NCBI GenBank assembly: GCA_965237675.1
Contig: OZ250150.1
Coordinates: 4,576,001 to 4,640,000 of the forward strand
DNA: 64,000 nt
Reading direction: 5' to 3'
Source of the DNA: Candidatus Latescibacterota bacterium
GTDB taxonomy: Bacteria > Latescibacterota > UBA2968 > GCA-2709665
Positions 41,842 to 52,175 of this stretch are shown one piece after another; position 1 is the stretch's first letter, and each line of letters begins with the position of its first letter. Made by a program: the position numbers and the translations under genes. Below the pieces are notes generated by a model that made no database searches, was not told the DNA's origin, and saw only the letters and a program-made list of their open reading frames with translations.

Positions 41842-42217
41842 CTGATATGGCTCCGATGGTTTTGGAGAGTTGAAATTTCTAGCGCGGGTATCCCGGGAAT
41901 GGGCTCTTGCAGCCTTACTGTGTGGGGACGACTGTCTCAGGCGATTTGGCCATTTGTGAAGTCAATTGCTCGAAGTCTGACCTTGAAGGGAAAACCTCCA
42001 GACACACCTCGCGTGCCGGGTAGTTGTACGCCGTCAAGAGACCTGTTGCGAACGTTGAAGCCCTGATCGACTGCACAGCAAACAATACGGAGATCGCCGC
42101 AAAAGAAACCAAGTCGGTCAAGTTGGTGACCGCAATGTGATCCTCTCGACGCCTCGCGACAACGAAGAGGTCCGCGGCAGGCTCGAGTACATAACGATAT
42201 GTCTGGATTTGCAATTT

Positions 42218-44635
42218 TCATTCATGTCGCAGAACATCTACCGGATTGGCGCGAGCGGCTCTGCCGGCTTGCCAACCGACGGTCAACAGCGCCATGCCGA
42301 GCGCCAACGCGCCGGCAAGCGCAAAAGTCCACCAGCCGACGTCGACCCGATAGGCGAAGTTCTGCAGCCAGGTCTCCGCGCCGAAAAACGCGACAGGCCA
42401 TGCGATGACGATGGCAATGATCACCAATACGACGAAGTCTCTGGATACAAGGGCAACGACGCTGGTAACGGATGCGCCGAGAACTTTCCGAATACCGATT
42501 TCCCTGTTGCGCCTCTCAACGGTAAATGATGCGAGACCAAATAATCCGAGAAGGGCGACCAGGATCGCCAGTCCCGAAAATGCGCCGAAGACGCGCATCA
42601 ATCGAGTCTCGTCCTTATATAGCTGATCGAAGTCAAAATATGTGTCCAGAAACGTATAGCGAAAATGTACCGAGAGTGCCAATTCAGCGCATTTCTCCCG
42701 CAGGAACGATACAGCAGCAGGAAAAGTACCGGGGCGCAGTTTTACGACGAGATCTGGAGCATGCCAGACAAATCCTGGATCCATATTGAGGCGCAACGCC
42801 AATGGTACGATATTGTGGTGCAGCGACCGGATATGGAAATCTTGCACAATACCCACAATCGTGCCATTCGATTCGACTAAGTCTCCCCAATTCATATGCA
42901 CCTTCTGACCGGTCGTTGTTCCAATTCCCATAACCCGCGCGGCCGATTCGTTTAATATGACTCCGTCATAGGACCGGCTGGCGAAAATGGACCTGAAATT
43001 CTGCCCGGCGATCAGTTCAATTCCTAACGTCTCCAGGTAATCCTGATCGATATACATCGTGTTGATTTCCGTCGGTCTGCCTTCAGGCGCGTCCATCAGT
43101 TTATACGTGCCTTGACTCCAAATGTCGTTACCTGGCACATGAGTTGCAAGAGACACGCTGAGTATATTCGGGTTTCGCTTCAGTTCGTTCTTTATGGTCC
43201 GGACGCGGAGCTCTACGGAACGCACGTCATCGTCGATTCCCGGTGTATCGATTACAACTACATCCCGCTTATCAAAGCCCAGACTCTTGTATCTGGTGAA
43301 ATGCAACTGCCTCATCACCACGACTGTTGCGCCGATCAGACCGATGGAGATTACAAATTGGAAGACTATAAGGCCTTTGCGAAATCCTGCGCTCCTGGGC
43401 GTGGATCTTGACAGGTCCTTCAACATCGCAATGGGGCTGACATGCGATAGGAAAAATGCCGGATAGCTCCCTGCCAACATGCCGACAACCAATGCCCCTG
43501 CGCTTAGCGTACAAAGAAAGCGTCCGCTGTAGCTGATCGCCAGGGACCTGCCGACGGCAGCATTCAGGAACGGAAGAAACATCTCTGCAAGCATTACGGC
43601 AGCGGCAAAAGCGAGAACGGCGATAAAAACAGCTTCGCCCAGGAATTGCCGGATCAGTTGCCGTCGGTTTGCCCCTACGACTTTGCGCAGACCCACTTCC
43701 CGTGCCCGGTTTGCTGAGCGCGCGGTCGCCAGATTCATATAGTTCGCGCAGGCGATCAGCAGGACGAGAATTCCGACCGAACCAAACAGGTACAGTTCCT
43801 TTATGTCGCGATTGGCTCCAAGCTCCCACTCCAGATGAGAATGCAAATGGATATCCGTAAGAGGCGTAAGCCGGATTGGTATAGCGGCGCGTGAGGTGGA
43901 CTCGTCGCCAGCATCGTTCGGTGTGAACTGATGTGGCAGCCAGTCACGAATTTTGTCTGCCAATTCACCATGAAATGCCTTCTCGCCGAGGAGAAGATAG
44001 GTGTAGGCGAATCCGGACTCCCAATCACCGAAGGGCATGGCTGCATAAGAAACCAGTCCCTGAAAGGTAAAATGGGAATGACGGGGCAGGTCGCCCAGTA
44101 CGCCTGTGACCCGTACCGTCTTCTCAATTGGATATCCTGCGTTTACTTTCAGTGACTTTCCCATGGGGTCAGCGTCGCCGAAGTAGCGTTTCGCCATGTC
44201 CTGGGAGATCACAATCGCATCGGGCGGGGCGAGCGCAGTACCTGGATCGCCCAAAACAAGCGAAAACGAGAACAGATCGAAAAAACTGGGGGAAGCGTAG
44301 AGCAGTTCTTCCTCGAAGAATTTCCGATCCTGATATGCCACCGGGGTTTCTGTTTCTGACACGCGCGCAATGCGGACGGCATGTTCAACTTCGGGAAAAT
44401 CCGCAACGAGCTTTGGGCCGAGATGCGCAAATGTCCATGCATAATTCCAAACTGAGAACCTATAGATACGGTCGGCGTACTGGTGAAATCGGTCGTATTG
44501 CAGTTCATCCACAATCAACAGCCCGATCATCAGACAGCACGCAATCCCCACCGCAAGGCCGGCAAGATTGATGGCCGAATAGAGTTTATAACGACGCATA
44601 TTGCGAATGGTGATGAGCAGCAGGTTACGGAACAT
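42218..44635 (-). CDS. ABC transporter permease, duplicated MacB_PCD + FtsX domains
   Basis: SAINLAGLAVG, PLTDIHL, ACANYMNLATA..RAREVGLRK and RNREIGIRKVLGAS. Confidence 0.93.
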   Translation of the reverse strand: MFRNLLLITIRNMRRYKLYSAINLAGLAVGIACCLMIGLLIVDELQYDRFHQYADRIYRFSVWNYAWTFAHLGPKLVADFPEVEHAVRIARVSETETPVAYQDRKFFEEELLYASPSFFDLFSFSLVLGDPGTALAPPDAIVISQDMAKRYFGDADPMGKSLKVNAGYPIEKTVRVTGVLGDLPRHSHFTFQGLVSYAAMPFGDWESGFAYTYLLLGEKAFHGELADKIRDWLPHQFTPNDAGDESTSRAAIPIRLTPLTDIHLHSHLEWELGANRDIKELYLFGSVGILVLLIACANYMNLATARSANRAREVGLRKVVGANRRQLIRQFLGEAVFIAVLAFAAAVMLAEMFLPFLNAAVGRSLAISYSGRFLCTLSAGALVVGMLAGSYPAFFLSHVSPIAMLKDLSRSTPRSAGFRKGLIVFQFVISIGLIGATVVVMRQLHFTRYKSLGFDKRDVVVIDTPGIDDDVRSVELRVRTIKNELKRNPNILSVSLATHVPGNDIWSQGTYKLMDAPEGRPTEINTMYIDQDYLETLGIELIAGQNFRSIFASRSYDGVILNESAARVMGIGTTTGQKVHMNWGDLVESNGTIVGIVQDFHIRSLHHNIVPLALRLNMDPGFVWHAPDLVVKLRPGTFPAAVSFLREKCAELALSVHFRYTFLDTYFDFDQLYKDETRLMRVFGAFSGLAILVALLGLFGLASFTVERRNREIGIRKVLGASVTSVVALVSRDFVVLVIIAIVIAWPVAFFGAETWLQNFAYRVDVGWWTFALAGALALGMALLTVGWQAGRAARANPVDVLRHE

Positions 44636-44712
44636 GACTTGCGTCCCAGTTTGATCTGCTTGGCGACCCCGAGGATTGACAGATACAGTAAACGATAGAT
44701 TAATCCAGAACA

Positions 44713-44829
44713 ATCAAAAACCGTGCCAAATTACGATGTACATATTTTTCAGGGAGTTATACAGTGGGGAGGAAGTCGGAACAGCCGAGCAGTGTTCGTT
44801 TTTGATACAGTGATGTTCGAAAACGGACA
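44713..44829 (-). promoter_or_regulatory. Sigma54-type promoter with upstream activator-like sites (copy 1)
   Basis: TGGCACG-N4-TTGAT; TGT-N11-ACA (44793-44809) and TGT-N10-ACA (44814-44829). Confidence 0.7.
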
Positions 44830-44981
44830 TTCGGGATGTGTCGCGGAGGGCTTGCAGGAGATGGATGCCACGGTGCGTGTTCAGGGAACGTGGGCGTATT
44901 CGGCCGCTGAGTTCAATCCGGTCCTCAAGACGAGGCTTGTCTAGAGTCGATTGGCGCCAGTTAGTGACTTCGAATGTTACA

Positions 44982-45002
44982 GTAGGAGCGAAGGATCGCT
45001 CC
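44982..45002 (+). repeat. GTAG-family REP-like hairpin
   Basis: GTAGGAGCGA-AGGA-TCGCTCC. Confidence 0.55.
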
Positions 45003-45042
45003 TGATATTCCGGGGACGCCGGAATCCGGTGGGCTGAACATC

Positions 45043-46146
45043 CTATATCAGACCGAGGTCCTCATAGATGGCGCTGTTCGTCTCTCTATTGCGGACCTGG
45101 TGAGCATTTTCTTCAGGGGTGCCGTTGAAAATGCACACGACAACCAGGCTCGCATCGGGATCCACGAAGGCGATCGACGACTGGTATCCTGCATTGCCAA
45201 ATGCACGGGGAGATGCGTAGCGCCCGGACCCGTAGGGAACCGACTCTTTGCCGTATATGTTCGAGTTGACATAGAATCCCAGACCCATGTCCACGATATG
45301 ACCCAGGACTTCGTCCTTCATGCCGGTTCGATGGCGGGCGGTGATCGCTTCAACGGTCTGGGGAAGAAGAAGCCTCTTACCTTTGAACCGGCCCTTCCCG
45401 AGCAGCATCTCGTAGAAACGACCCAATTCCCTCGCTGGTCCCCTTCCGCTGCCGCCAGGCACACATTGCCTGATCGTCCGTTGCAGATCGACGCTGTAGT
45501 GCGACGGCTCGGGCGCGCCGGCAGCGGTATTGTACATCAACCCGATCCGGTCCTTCTTCGCCTCATACGTCGATGAATTCATCGAGAGGCGGCAGTTGGG
45601 CATATTGAGCGAATCGAAAATCCCCTGGTGGACGTAACTGTCGAAGGCCCTGCCACTCTTGCGTGACACGACTTCGCCGAGCACGAACCAGGCATTCCCC
45701 ACGTCATATCGCGCCCGCCTGCCCGGCAACCAGTCGTCTCGCAGGGGTGCATCGCAGATACCGGCGACGATTTCGTCCCATGAAGATTCCGACCAGGCGA
45801 CGTCGACGGGTCCGATTCCACCGGTATGCGCCAACAGATGCCGAAACGTCAAACGCGCTTTACCGCCGGCGCCAAATTCCGGCAGGTGGGAACAGACAGG
45901 ATCGTCAATATCGATCTGACCCTTCTCCCAGACCTGAGCGATGGCAACCGCAGTGATGCCCTTCGTCAATGACATCCATACGGTTATCGTATCACTCGTC
46001 ATCGCCCTGGTTGTCGTCGCATTCCCCACAGCCACGTCTGCAACGGCACTGCCATCAATAGACACGTAGAGCTGGGCACCCGGATGGAGCCCTTCCCTGA
46101 CGCCTGTTTGAAGCAGATCAACGGTCCGTGTCAGCGATACGTCCAT
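45043..46146 (-). CDS. Serine hydrolase (beta-lactamase/esterase family)
   Basis: SLTK (SxxK), HLLAHTGG, PG.RARY and AFGNAG. Confidence 0.88.
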   Translation of the reverse strand: MDVSLTRTVDLLQTGVREGLHPGAQLYVSIDGSAVADVAVGNATTTRAMTSDTITVWMSLTKGITAVAIAQVWEKGQIDIDDPVCSHLPEFGAGGKARLTFRHLLAHTGGIGPVDVAWSESSWDEIVAGICDAPLRDDWLPGRRARYDVGNAWFVLGEVVSRKSGRAFDSYVHQGIFDSLNMPNCRLSMNSSTYEAKKDRIGLMYNTAAGAPEPSHYSVDLQRTIRQCVPGGSGRGPARELGRFYEMLLGKGRFKGKRLLLPQTVEAITARHRTGMKDEVLGHIVDMGLGFYVNSNIYGKESVPYGSGRYASPRAFGNAGYQSSIAFVDPDASLVVVCIFNGTPEENAHQVRNRETNSAIYEDLGLI

Positions 46147-46175
46147 CGGCTATCTCTGTCTTCCCTCGCTACAGA

Positions 46176-48080
46176 TCAAGACCGATGCAGGTCCGGGTCC
46201 TTCACGGCCTCGTAGATCACCCCGCCCTCGACGTTGCGCGGCATGGGCGCCCCCGTGAGGTAGCAGACCGTGGGCGCCACGTCGATGACGCGCACCTGGC
46301 GCTCGAGGCGCCCCCCCGAGCGCACACCGGCGCCGGCGGCGATGAAGGTCGAGTGCTGGCCGGCCATGCCGAAGGTCACCGAGGGCAGCTGCTTGCCGTG
46401 GGCGCCGTCGAACTCCGGGCGCAGGGCATAGACCACGTCGCCCACGCGGTCCGACCACAGGTTCACCATCTCCGCGTCCTCACGGGTGAGGGCGAGGGCG
46501 AAGGGCCGTCCTCCCGTCTCCGGGTCCTCGTAGTCGTGCAGCGCCTGGATGATCTCCTGGCAGACGGCGTCGTAGTCCGCGGGATCGACGATGCCGCCGG
46601 GCTCCCGGCCCTTCAGGTTCACGAAGATGTGCACCAGTCCCACGTCCGCCGCCCGCGTGCGCGTCCAGTCGATACGCCGGTTGGGGCCGCGGCCCTCGTA
46701 TTTCAGGAACCCTGCCTGCTCCAGCACCCCGGCCACGTTGACGACGGTGTGCTGCTGGGAGGTGCCGCCGTGGTCGGAAACCACGAAGAGGGTGGTGTCG
46801 TCGCCGGCCAGTTGGCGCAGCCGGCCGATCCAGCGGTCGATGGAGGCGTAGGTGCGCTCCACCCCTTCGCGGCAGCGCCGCTGCACCGCCGGCGGGGCCC
46901 CGGAGTGGGGATCGGCGGCGCGCAGGAAGAAATGGCTGGTGTAGTCCGAGGCGTGGGTCTCCGTCATCAGCAAGTCCCAGTCCCCGGAGCCGGCGAGGTG
47001 TTCGGCCACGTCGGCCAGGCGCTGGTGGTGGAACTCAAGCAGTTCGAAGTAGGTGTCGTCGTCGATAAGGCCGAGGGCGTCGCGGCCCGGGTTCTGCAGG
47101 AAGTTGCCCACGTGCCGGTCGATCTCGCGGGCCACGGAGGCGGGCTTCGTGTAGCCGTCGGGCGGCCAGATCTGGGGGATGAAGAGCTCGAAGGCGTCGG
47201 CCTCGGGCGTCAGCGTGATCAGCTTGGCCCGCACGTACCCACGCACCTTCCGGCCGTCGATCTCGAAGCGGTCCAGCCACCAGTCGCTCCACTCCCCCAC
47301 CCCCAGGTCGGCCAGCGGCCGGGCGGCGTCCTTCGACCGGCAGAGGCGCACCCGGTCGTAGCCGCCGGAGCCGCTGGCGTAGATCAGGGCGTGCAGCGGC
47401 ACGGGGGTGCCCTCCCGGCCCCGGTTCATGCCCTCGCGTCCCCTCGCCAGGGGCTGGATGGTGAGGACCGCCTCCTTCGGCGGTCGCCTGGATTCGGGCG
47501 CTCCGGTCCAACCCCGGGCGTCGACCAGGGTCACGGGATCGAACTCGCGCACCCCCTGCAGGGCGCTCGGGTCCAGGGTCTCCGGGTCGCGCTGGGCCTC
47601 AAGCCGCCTCGGCGCCCACTTGCCGCCCACGAAGAGGTGATAGCCGGCCACCTGGTGGTGGTTGGAGACGCCGGGGCCGGTGCCCTCCACCTGCACCCCC
47701 GAGCGCACCGTGGGCGGCCACGACATCTCCCACTTCACCAGGATCGGCTTCCGGCCGCCGCGCTCGAAGGCGTTCCAGATGTACTCCGAACGCGACAGGG
47801 AGGTGTCGATGCCCCAGAGCGTTCGGTCCAGGGGCTCGCCCACGTGGCGGATGTTGAAGTCCAGGATCCCGTGGGTGCCCGGCCACGAGCCGGTGGACAA
47901 GGCCGTCCAGCCAGGCGGCGTAAGGGTTGGGAAGACGCCGACCATGGGCCGCCAGACGCCCGCCTTCATCAGGGCGCGCACGTTAGGCATGTGGCCGGCG
48001 TCGGCCATGTTCTTCACCAGCTCCATGCTGGCGCCGTCCATACCAGCGACGATGGCGCGCCGGGCGGGAGCCGTACTCAT
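46176..48080 (-). CDS. Alkaline phosphatase superfamily (NPP/phosphodiesterase-like) protein
   Basis: GMDGA, PTLTPPGW..LSTG, VVSDHG, VNLKGRE and DVAPT. Confidence 0.88.
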   Translation of the reverse strand: MSTAPARRAIVAGMDGASMELVKNMADAGHMPNVRALMKAGVWRPMVGVFPTLTPPGWTALSTGSWPGTHGILDFNIRHVGEPLDRTLWGIDTSLSRSEYIWNAFERGGRKPILVKWEMSWPPTVRSGVQVEGTGPGVSNHHQVAGYHLFVGGKWAPRRLEAQRDPETLDPSALQGVREFDPVTLVDARGWTGAPESRRPPKEAVLTIQPLARGREGMNRGREGTPVPLHALIYASGSGGYDRVRLCRSKDAARPLADLGVGEWSDWWLDRFEIDGRKVRGYVRAKLITLTPEADAFELFIPQIWPPDGYTKPASVAREIDRHVGNFLQNPGRDALGLIDDDTYFELLEFHHQRLADVAEHLAGSGDWDLLMTETHASDYTSHFFLRAADPHSGAPPAVQRRCREGVERTYASIDRWIGRLRQLAGDDTTLFVVSDHGGTSQQHTVVNVAGVLEQAGFLKYEGRGPNRRIDWTRTRAADVGLVHIFVNLKGREPGGIVDPADYDAVCQEIIQALHDYEDPETGGRPFALALTREDAEMVNLWSDRVGDVVYALRPEFDGAHGKQLPSVTFGMAGQHSTFIAAGAGVRSGGRLERQVRVIDVAPTVCYLTGAPMPRNVEGGVIYEAVKDPDLHRS

Positions 48081-48153
48081 GGGATCTCTCCTGGGTTGTA
48101 AGTGAAGGGGAACCTGGCGCCGGAACCGCCACCGTCCGGGGCCGGTAGAGCCT

Positions 48154-49224
48154 TTATGGAAGACGTGGTATGACTTCGTTAGCCATCAACGCCATCGAGC
48201 GCTTCATCTTCGCCTTGTCATCCCAGTCGTGGCCGATCATCAGCAACGTGCCAAAACCGCCGGTGACGTCGTACAGCTCCTGCAGGCGTCTGGTCACGGT
48301 ATCGGGATCGCCGACGATGGCAATCTCATCGATGATGTATGGGCGCGTAACGTCCGCATCGGACATCTCCGGGTTCATCTTCGGCAGATCCAGCATATTG
48401 GCGATTTCGAGCATGCCGCGAAGGTACACGAGCGAGTCGGCGAAGGCGCCGCCGAGGGCGTGCTCGCGAGCCTGGGCATCGGTCTCGCCGACGTAGATGC
48501 TGCGCGAAATTCGCCAGTCGCCCCGGTCCGGTTCGCGCCGCCCCCCTTCCGCAGCCCCCTCGCAGTACATCTCCCAATGCCGTTTCACCTTGTGCGCCGG
48601 CGCCATATTGATGCTGATCGGCAGGAACCCGCGCTTGCCGGCTGTGGTGGCCGCCATTGATTCTTCCTTGACGATGCTCATGGCGATGGGTGGATGGGGC
48701 TTCTGATACGGCTTCAACACCTCCCCCAACCCGAGCTCCGGGACTTTCTCAGCCATCGCGACGTTCCAGAAATCCCCATTGAACTCGAACGGGCCGTCTT
48801 CGGTCCACAGTTTCAGGACGATGTCCATCGCCTCAAGGTTCATCAGCCCCTGGGTGCGCGGATCCGGCAGATCGAACAGCGGCCAGTCGGTAGGTACGCC
48901 CCCCTGCCCGAAGCCGACGTTGATGCGCCCTCGGGACAGGTGATCGAGATAGGCGAGGCGGACCGCCACGTTCGCCGGGTGATGCTGCGTCATAATGGTG
49001 ACCCCCGTACCCAGACGGATCCTCTCAGTCTGCGGCAGGACGTGGGCGATGAACAGGTCGTTGGCGGGAATCGGCTCCCACATCGCGGTATGGTGCTGGC
49101 CGATCCAGGCCTCGGTGAATCCGTGCTCCTCGGCCCACAGCACGCACTCGATATCTTCTTCGAATGTCTGGGTGCGATTCTTTTGCGGCGGATGCAGCGG
49201 CATCATGAACATTCCGAGTTTCAT
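48154..49224 (-). CDS. LLM-class flavin-dependent monooxygenase
   Basis: MKLGMFMMPLHPP, AWIGQHH, IRLGTGV and PYQKPHPPI. Confidence 0.92.
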   Translation of the reverse strand: MKLGMFMMPLHPPQKNRTQTFEEDIECVLWAEEHGFTEAWIGQHHTAMWEPIPANDLFIAHVLPQTERIRLGTGVTIMTQHHPANVAVRLAYLDHLSRGRINVGFGQGGVPTDWPLFDLPDPRTQGLMNLEAMDIVLKLWTEDGPFEFNGDFWNVAMAEKVPELGLGEVLKPYQKPHPPIAMSIVKEESMAATTAGKRGFLPISINMAPAHKVKRHWEMYCEGAAEGGRREPDRGDWRISRSIYVGETDAQAREHALGGAFADSLVYLRGMLEIANMLDLPKMNPEMSDADVTRPYIIDEIAIVGDPDTVTRRLQELYDVTGGFGTLLMIGHDWDDKAKMKRSMALMANEVIPRLP

Positions 49225-49344
49225 TTTTTCGTTCTCCCAAACAGCTGAAACCAATTGTCTGTTGACATCCTCTTCTTCGTTCACCGCCTGCTACTTCGGG
49301 TAGGGCACAGACCTCTTATTGCTTAATTTGGCCGGTCTCCCGAC

Positions 49345-50238
49345 TCACTGATTATCCTCACCCACAATGTCATTTCCCTTCGTTCTCAGACTCTCGAACA
49401 CAGCGGCGGACAGGATGATCAGGCCGCCGATGATTTCCCTGCTGGATGGAATGGCAGCCAGGAAGATCACTGCAATAATCACACCGTAGACTGTCTCCAG
49501 CGCCAGGGTAATCCCGACAACTTTCCCGGAAAGGTGACGCTGGCTGTTGACGAAGAGAATCCGTGCAAATCCCGTCAGCACCACCCCCAGCACCACCACG
49601 AGAAGAATGTCCCTGGTACCGGGCATTTCGAAGAGGGTTTCATCGTAAAGCATGAATGGAAGAAGCAGCAGGCCGGCGATGCCCATTTCATAGGCCGAGA
49701 TGTCCCAGCTATTGTATTTGTCGATAATGCGTTTCTTCCGCAGCAGGATGATGAACGGGAGCATCGCCCCGGAGGCAACGCCGTAGATGACCCCCTGAAA
49801 ATTCGCATCGGACAGATCGAAACCCGGCGCCAGGCAGTAGACCCCGATCAATACCGCGACCGCGCTGGCGAAGTCAACGGCTCGCAGTCTGACGTTGAAG
49901 AAAATGCTCTCCAGAAACACCATGAGAACCGGATAGGTATACGTCGTCACCAGACCGATTGCGACCGTCGAGACCTTGATTGACTGAAAGAAGAGTACCC
50001 AGTGGACTGAAAGCAGGACCGCGATGGCCGCAAACGTCGCCAGATCGCTCCAACTCCTGACGTATGTGTGGCTTTTTAGCCGTACAGCGACCGCGAAAAT
50101 GACGATCGCTGCCAGAGACGTCCTCCAGAAGACGATTTGGTACGGGTCGAGGTCGACTGCCTTTCCGAAGGGCGCGATGAATCCATACAGGAGGGTCGCA
50201 ACATGCACCTCCACAAGCGCCCGGGACCTATCTGTCAT
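49345..50238 (-). CDS. EamA/DMT transporter
   Basis: About 10 TM helices; IVFWR, HWVLFF and LETVYG. Confidence 0.9.
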   Translation of the reverse strand: MTDRSRALVEVHVATLLYGFIAPFGKAVDLDPYQIVFWRTSLAAIVIFAVAVRLKSHTYVRSWSDLATFAAIAVLLSVHWVLFFQSIKVSTVAIGLVTTYTYPVLMVFLESIFFNVRLRAVDFASAVAVLIGVYCLAPGFDLSDANFQGVIYGVASGAMLPFIILLRKKRIIDKYNSWDISAYEMGIAGLLLLPFMLYDETLFEMPGTRDILLVVVLGVVLTGFARILFVNSQRHLSGKVVGITLALETVYGVIIAVIFLAAIPSSREIIGGLIILSAAVFESLRTKGNDIVGEDNQ

Positions 50239-50494
50239 CGGTTGGCCTCGATGGCGGCCGAGGACGGTGATGATTGCGCGGCATTCCTATGCAATCTCCG
50301 GTTGAAAGGTCTGGTTCGCATGGACCGAAAAGTATCGGAATTAGTAAACCGAGAGAAAATAGACGCCTGAATGCACGTAACAGGTGAGATCAGAATACCA
50401 GTCACTTTTAATCCTACCGAACACGGCTTCGCGTTTTTCAGCCGCAACCAGACAGGTGGAAATGAACGCACGAGCCCGATTGACGGTGCAGTTA

Positions 50495-50592
50495 CTCCCC
50501 CCTTTAGGGGGAGTCGCAGAAGCCGATCCGGTCCCTGAGCTTGCGGTCCCTGAGCCTGTCGAAGGCCCGGCGACGGCTGATGCGGTGGGGGG
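50495..50592 (+). repeat. Dispersed repeat (same family as 36881-37002) with nested hairpin insert
   Basis: Shared flanks TCGCAGAAGCCG and GGCGACGGCTGATGCGGTGGGGG. Confidence 0.8.
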
Positions 50593-50794
50593 ATTTCAAC
50601 GCCTTACCTTATGCGAGCTGCCCAAAAAGACATGAACGCATTCTGCGTAGAAGCCTTAATGAAAGACTCTAACTTCGATCCAGGAAGTTCGAAGATCCCA
50701 GAAATGCCGCTGGCTGGTATATTCTTGACTTGGAATGGGTCTTTGTCGTTATTTTGAGTGTGCCAAAATAAACGAATAGACAAGGAGAGTGGCG

Positions 50795-51028
50795 ATGGCT
50801 GAAACATCTATCGTAAATGACCTGGAAGAAAAGATCGGTCGTCTGACTCTGGATGAGCAACTGCAACTGATTGAAAGAGTGAGTCACCGAATTCGAGCTG
50901 ATGTGATTTCGAATACTGACATAGATGCTCAATTGAGTAAAATGGCCGCCGATCCTGAAATTCAAAAGGAACTCCGGGAAATCGAGAACGAATTCTCCCC
51001 GACAGAGGGCGATGGGTTGGATGATTGA
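50795..51028 (+). CDS. Putative antitoxin
   Basis: Small acidic protein, MAADPEIQ.EL..I..EF; TGATG overlap with the toxin. Confidence 0.75.
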   Translation: MAETSIVNDLEEKIGRLTLDEQLQLIERVSHRIRADVISNTDIDAQLSKMAADPEIQKELREIENEFSPTEGDGLDD

Positions 51029-51375
51029 TGGCCATTGAACGAGGTGAAATATACTTCGTCAACCTTAATCCGGTGACGGGGCGAGAGCAGTCGGGTCGCC
51101 GTCCGGTACTGGTTCTGTCTATAGATGCAATAAATCGATTGCCACTTGTGGTGACCGTTGTTGTTGGTACAAGGGGCACCAACATTACTAAAGATTATCC
51201 CACAAACATCCGGCTGAGGCCAGCAGAAACGGGCCTGGATATGGAAACAGTTTTCCTGGGTTTTCAAGTGCGATCATTGGATTCAAGACGTTTTCCCGAT
51301 GATGCAGCTGGGCGAGTTTCCGGAGCAACCCTGAATAAAGTGGAAGACGTCGTCAGGTATAGTCTCGGCTTGTAG
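51028..51375 (+). CDS. MazF/PemK toxin
   Basis: RGEIYFVNLNP..GREQSGRRPVLVLS and QVRSLD..RF. Confidence 0.92.
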   Translation: MAIERGEIYFVNLNPVTGREQSGRRPVLVLSIDAINRLPLVVTVVVGTRGTNITKDYPTNIRLRPAETGLDMETVFLGFQVRSLDSRRFPDDAAGRVSGATLNKVEDVVRYSLGL

Positions 51376-51459
51376 GCGTTTGAATTCAACTTTGGCTCGT
51401 CAGTATGCCGCGGGTTTGCTGCAATGTCCAAGTGCAATCACCGTTCACTCCTGATTTAT

Positions 51460-52137
51460 TCACGTATAAATCCCAATCGTCACCCGGCGCACCTTCACCG
51501 ACGCCTCCCCATCCGTGACCAGCGCCGTCCGGATAGCCGGAGCCAGCACATGTCCGGCCGGAAAGCCTTCCGGCCAGCAGGACACGTAAGAATATCCCAG
51601 ATGCGCCTGGGCGGTCTTTGTTTCGCAATTGACAATGACCCCCAGGTCCAGGTCTTCGATCACGGTCCCGCCGTCGAGGATCTGTCCGTCGTTACCCTCG
51701 GCGAAGAGCGTCCTCTTCCCTTCCGAAGACCCGTCCCGCAGCAGTAGCCGCACGCGGCCTGCCTGTGCCACGCCGGCATCGATGGGAACCGCTTCCAGCT
51801 GAATCCCGGCAGCGCCATCATTCGGCGATACAAGCCCCAGGCTCAACTCCGACGGTCCGTCCACGGTCACACCGATCGCCTCCAACTCCATCACCTTCAC
51901 CACGGATGTACTCAGTGGGGATCCGGTCAGCGTCACGCCGTCGCCGGTCTTTCCCCTGGCGATCATGGCATAGTGGCTACCGTAGGGATCGGTATAGTCA
52001 TACGTTGAGGCCGTAGACGATCCGGTCAGCGATTCCGTCATCCACGCCGGCAGGCCGTGCGTGAAATTGACCTCTTCGACCTCCGCGTGATACGTCGTTC
52101 GCAACAACCTTCGGTTCATGTTTCTTTCCCCCGGCAT
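51460..52137 (-). CDS. Hypothetical protein
   Basis: 225-aa ORF co-oriented with, and just downstream of, the propeller gene. Confidence 0.55.
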   Translation of the reverse strand: MPGERNMNRRLLRTTYHAEVEEVNFTHGLPAWMTESLTGSSTASTYDYTDPYGSHYAMIARGKTGDGVTLTGSPLSTSVVKVMELEAIGVTVDGPSELSLGLVSPNDGAAGIQLEAVPIDAGVAQAGRVRLLLRDGSSEGKRTLFAEGNDGQILDGGTVIEDLDLGVIVNCETKTAQAHLGYSYVSCWPEGFPAGHVLAPAIRTALVTDGEASVKVRRVTIGIYT

Positions 52138-52175
52138 CCAATCGTTCGATTCAAATCAGTCCTGATGCACGTTGT

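Noticed and set aside
41915-42214. 99-aa ORF after the permease
   Set aside because: No recognisable motif and a weak start; left uncalled.
40943-44635. Diversity-generating retroelement or phase-variable cassette for the permease pair
   Set aside because: Differences are spread over all base types, there is no reverse transcriptase or recombinase, and it is explained by ordinary duplication plus deletion.
45043-46146. Antibiotic-resistance call (beta-lactamase; also the APH- and GNAT-like genes)
   Set aside because: Only superfamily-level motifs are present; nothing specifies resistance enzymes.
46128-48101. Long antisense ORFs (657 aa here, 483 aa at 3420-4871, and others)
   Set aside because: They are shadows of GC-rich genes with clear motifs on the opposite strand.
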